Virus record (IMG/VR): IMGVR_UViG_3300036815_000199 | Reading direction: 5' to 3' (one strand) | Length of the DNA stretch: 64,000 nt | Source of the DNA: an uncultured virus (IMG/VR IMGVR_UViG_3300036815_000199) | Lineage: Duplodnaviria; Heunggongvirae; Uroviricota; Caudoviricetes | Part shown: piece after piece, positions 62,905-64,000 of the stretch | Position numbering within the stretch: the stretch's first letter is position 1 | How the letters are laid out: every line of letters starts with the position of its first letter | Notes under the pieces: model-generated | Database searches by the model: none | The model's input: only the letters and a program-made list of their open reading frames with translations | Told to the model about the DNA's origin: nothing | Program-made: the position numbers and the translations under genes

Positions 62905-63720
62905 CTACGCCGCCGCCTGGCCGGCCTCCCGCCGCTCGGCCAGGTCCCGGCCGACCGCGAGCGACACCGCCACCACGTCGGCGACGGTCCGCCACAGCGG
63001 CGGGAGCTGCCCGACGTTGAGCCACCGGACCCGCCCGGTGAACCGCCACCCCGCCGCGGTCAGCGCCGCGTCGAGGGTGGCGGCGTGCTCGGCGCCCCAC
63101 ACCGCCACCGCGTCACGGCCGGGGTCGATCGCGTCGACCGCCAGCTGGGACCGCTGCTGCAGCAGCACCGCGTAGAGGTCCGGCGACAGCCGGTCGGTCA
63201 GCCGGGCCATCCACCGGGAGTGCCGGCGGGCCAGCCGCCGGTAGATCACCGGCGCGACCGCCGCCATGTACCGGGCCTCGTTGGCGCCGAGCTGCGCCGA
63301 TGCCTGCGCGACCTGGGCGCCGACCGCCATGATCGGTTCGGTGCCGGCGATCCTGATCAGCTCCAGGTCGGTGAGGTCGGTGACCTTCCACGTGCTGCCG
63401 CCGATCGCCTCGGCCTGGAACACCCAGCCGAGCCCGGCCGCCATCGCGGCGGGCCGGTCGTGGTAGGCGACGCGCAGCACGGCGGCGGCGGCGCGCTCGG
63501 CGTCGGTGGCGGCCGCCCACTGCTCGTCGGGGGCCGCGGTGATCCCCTCCAGGTAGACGGCGGCGCCGCGGTCTTCCAGCTCGCTGATCCGGCGGCGCAT
63601 CAGGGCGAAGTAGCGGCGGCTGCCGATGTGGTTGTTCAGCACCAGGACCAGCGTCTGCCGGGTCTCGGCGTGCCGGTACCAGCGCACCGGCGTCGCCAGG
63701 GTCAGCCCGCGCAGCCGCAT
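62905..63720 (-). CDS. TraB/GumN/TIKI-like protein (putative)
   Basis: NHIG...VYLEG...AVWGAEH. Confidence 0.55.
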   Translation of the reverse strand: MRLRGLTLATPVRWYRHAETRQTLVLVLNNHIGSRRYFALMRRRISELEDRGAAVYLEGITAAPDEQWAAATDAERAAAAVLRVAYHDRPAAMAAGLGWVFQAEAIGGSTWKVTDLTDLELIRIAGTEPIMAVGAQVAQASAQLGANEARYMAAVAPVIYRRLARRHSRWMARLTDRLSPDLYAVLLQQRSQLAVDAIDPGRDAVAVWGAEHAATLDAALTAAGWRFTGRVRWLNVGQLPPLWRTVADVVAVSLAVGRDLAERREAGQAAA

Positions 63721-63727
63721 CACGCCG

Positions 63728-64000
63728 CTAGGCACCGGACAGCCCTGCCTGCGCGGCGACCTTGGCGAGCTCCGCCCGGGCCAGCACCCGCCGCCACGCG
63801 ATGATCAGCGGGATCGCGCACGCGGTGCCGGCCGCGCCGGTCCCGGCGAGCACCAGCGACGGGCTGACGCGGGCCGCGACCGCCCCGGCGACGACGATGC
63901 CGAGCGCCTGGCCGAGGCTCATGACCGCGCCGATCACGCCGCCGGCCTTGCCCTGGTGCTCGTCGGGCACCGTGGCCATCATCGCGTCGACCGCCGCCGG
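63728..64000 (-). CDS. MFS transporter, C-terminal part (partial)
   Basis: VPDEHQGKAGG loop followed by two TM helices. Confidence 0.75.
   Translation of the reverse strand, partial: PAAVDAMMATVPDEHQGKAGGVIGAVMSLGQALGIVVAGAVAARVSPSLVLAGTGAAGTACAIPLIIAWRRVLARAELAKVAAQAGLSGA

Larger units (their letters stand above)
1..63720. mobile_element. Tailed dsDNA phage/prophage genome segment (Caudoviricetes, probable actinobacterial host); boundaries not visible
   Basis: Portal, TerL, TerS, protease, helicase, RecET, HNH and many short genes coupled by ATGA/GTGA overlaps; very high GC. Confidence 0.93.

Overview
The window is very GC-rich (actinobacterial-type) DNA and almost all of it is a tailed phage or prophage. 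No integrase, att site, tRNA or CRISPR was seen. Left part (minus strand): a Mu-like prohead protease/scaffold with a nested internal start, a portal-MuF fusion, terminase large subunit, and a fibre/decoration module including a 1218-aa Ala/Pro/Thr repeat protein. These are preceded by a DOT1-like methyltransferase, a ~275-nt highly structured non-coding element, and a complete 7-deazaguanine DNA-modification operon (ParB-like, TGT/DpdA-like, queC, queD, queE, folE) with a divergent chorismate-lyase-like gene. Middle (minus strand): C5 DNA methyltransferase, a two-domain terminase small subunit, a secreted protein, ParB, an HsdM-like protein lacking its catalytic motif, a DnaB-like helicase and a split replication initiator carrying an iteron origin. 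Right part (plus strand): HTH regulator, RecE/RecT, HNH, then an array of small-gene cassettes (DUF6884-like, ArdC-like, Mom-like GNAT, GIY-YIG, ATP-dependent ligase). The cassettes are wired by two phage-specific repeats: 7 copies of an AT-rich, often leaderless promoter and 18 copies of a start-associated 12-mer CTGAAGGAGAGA. All protein calls come from motif recognition by eye; no database search was run.
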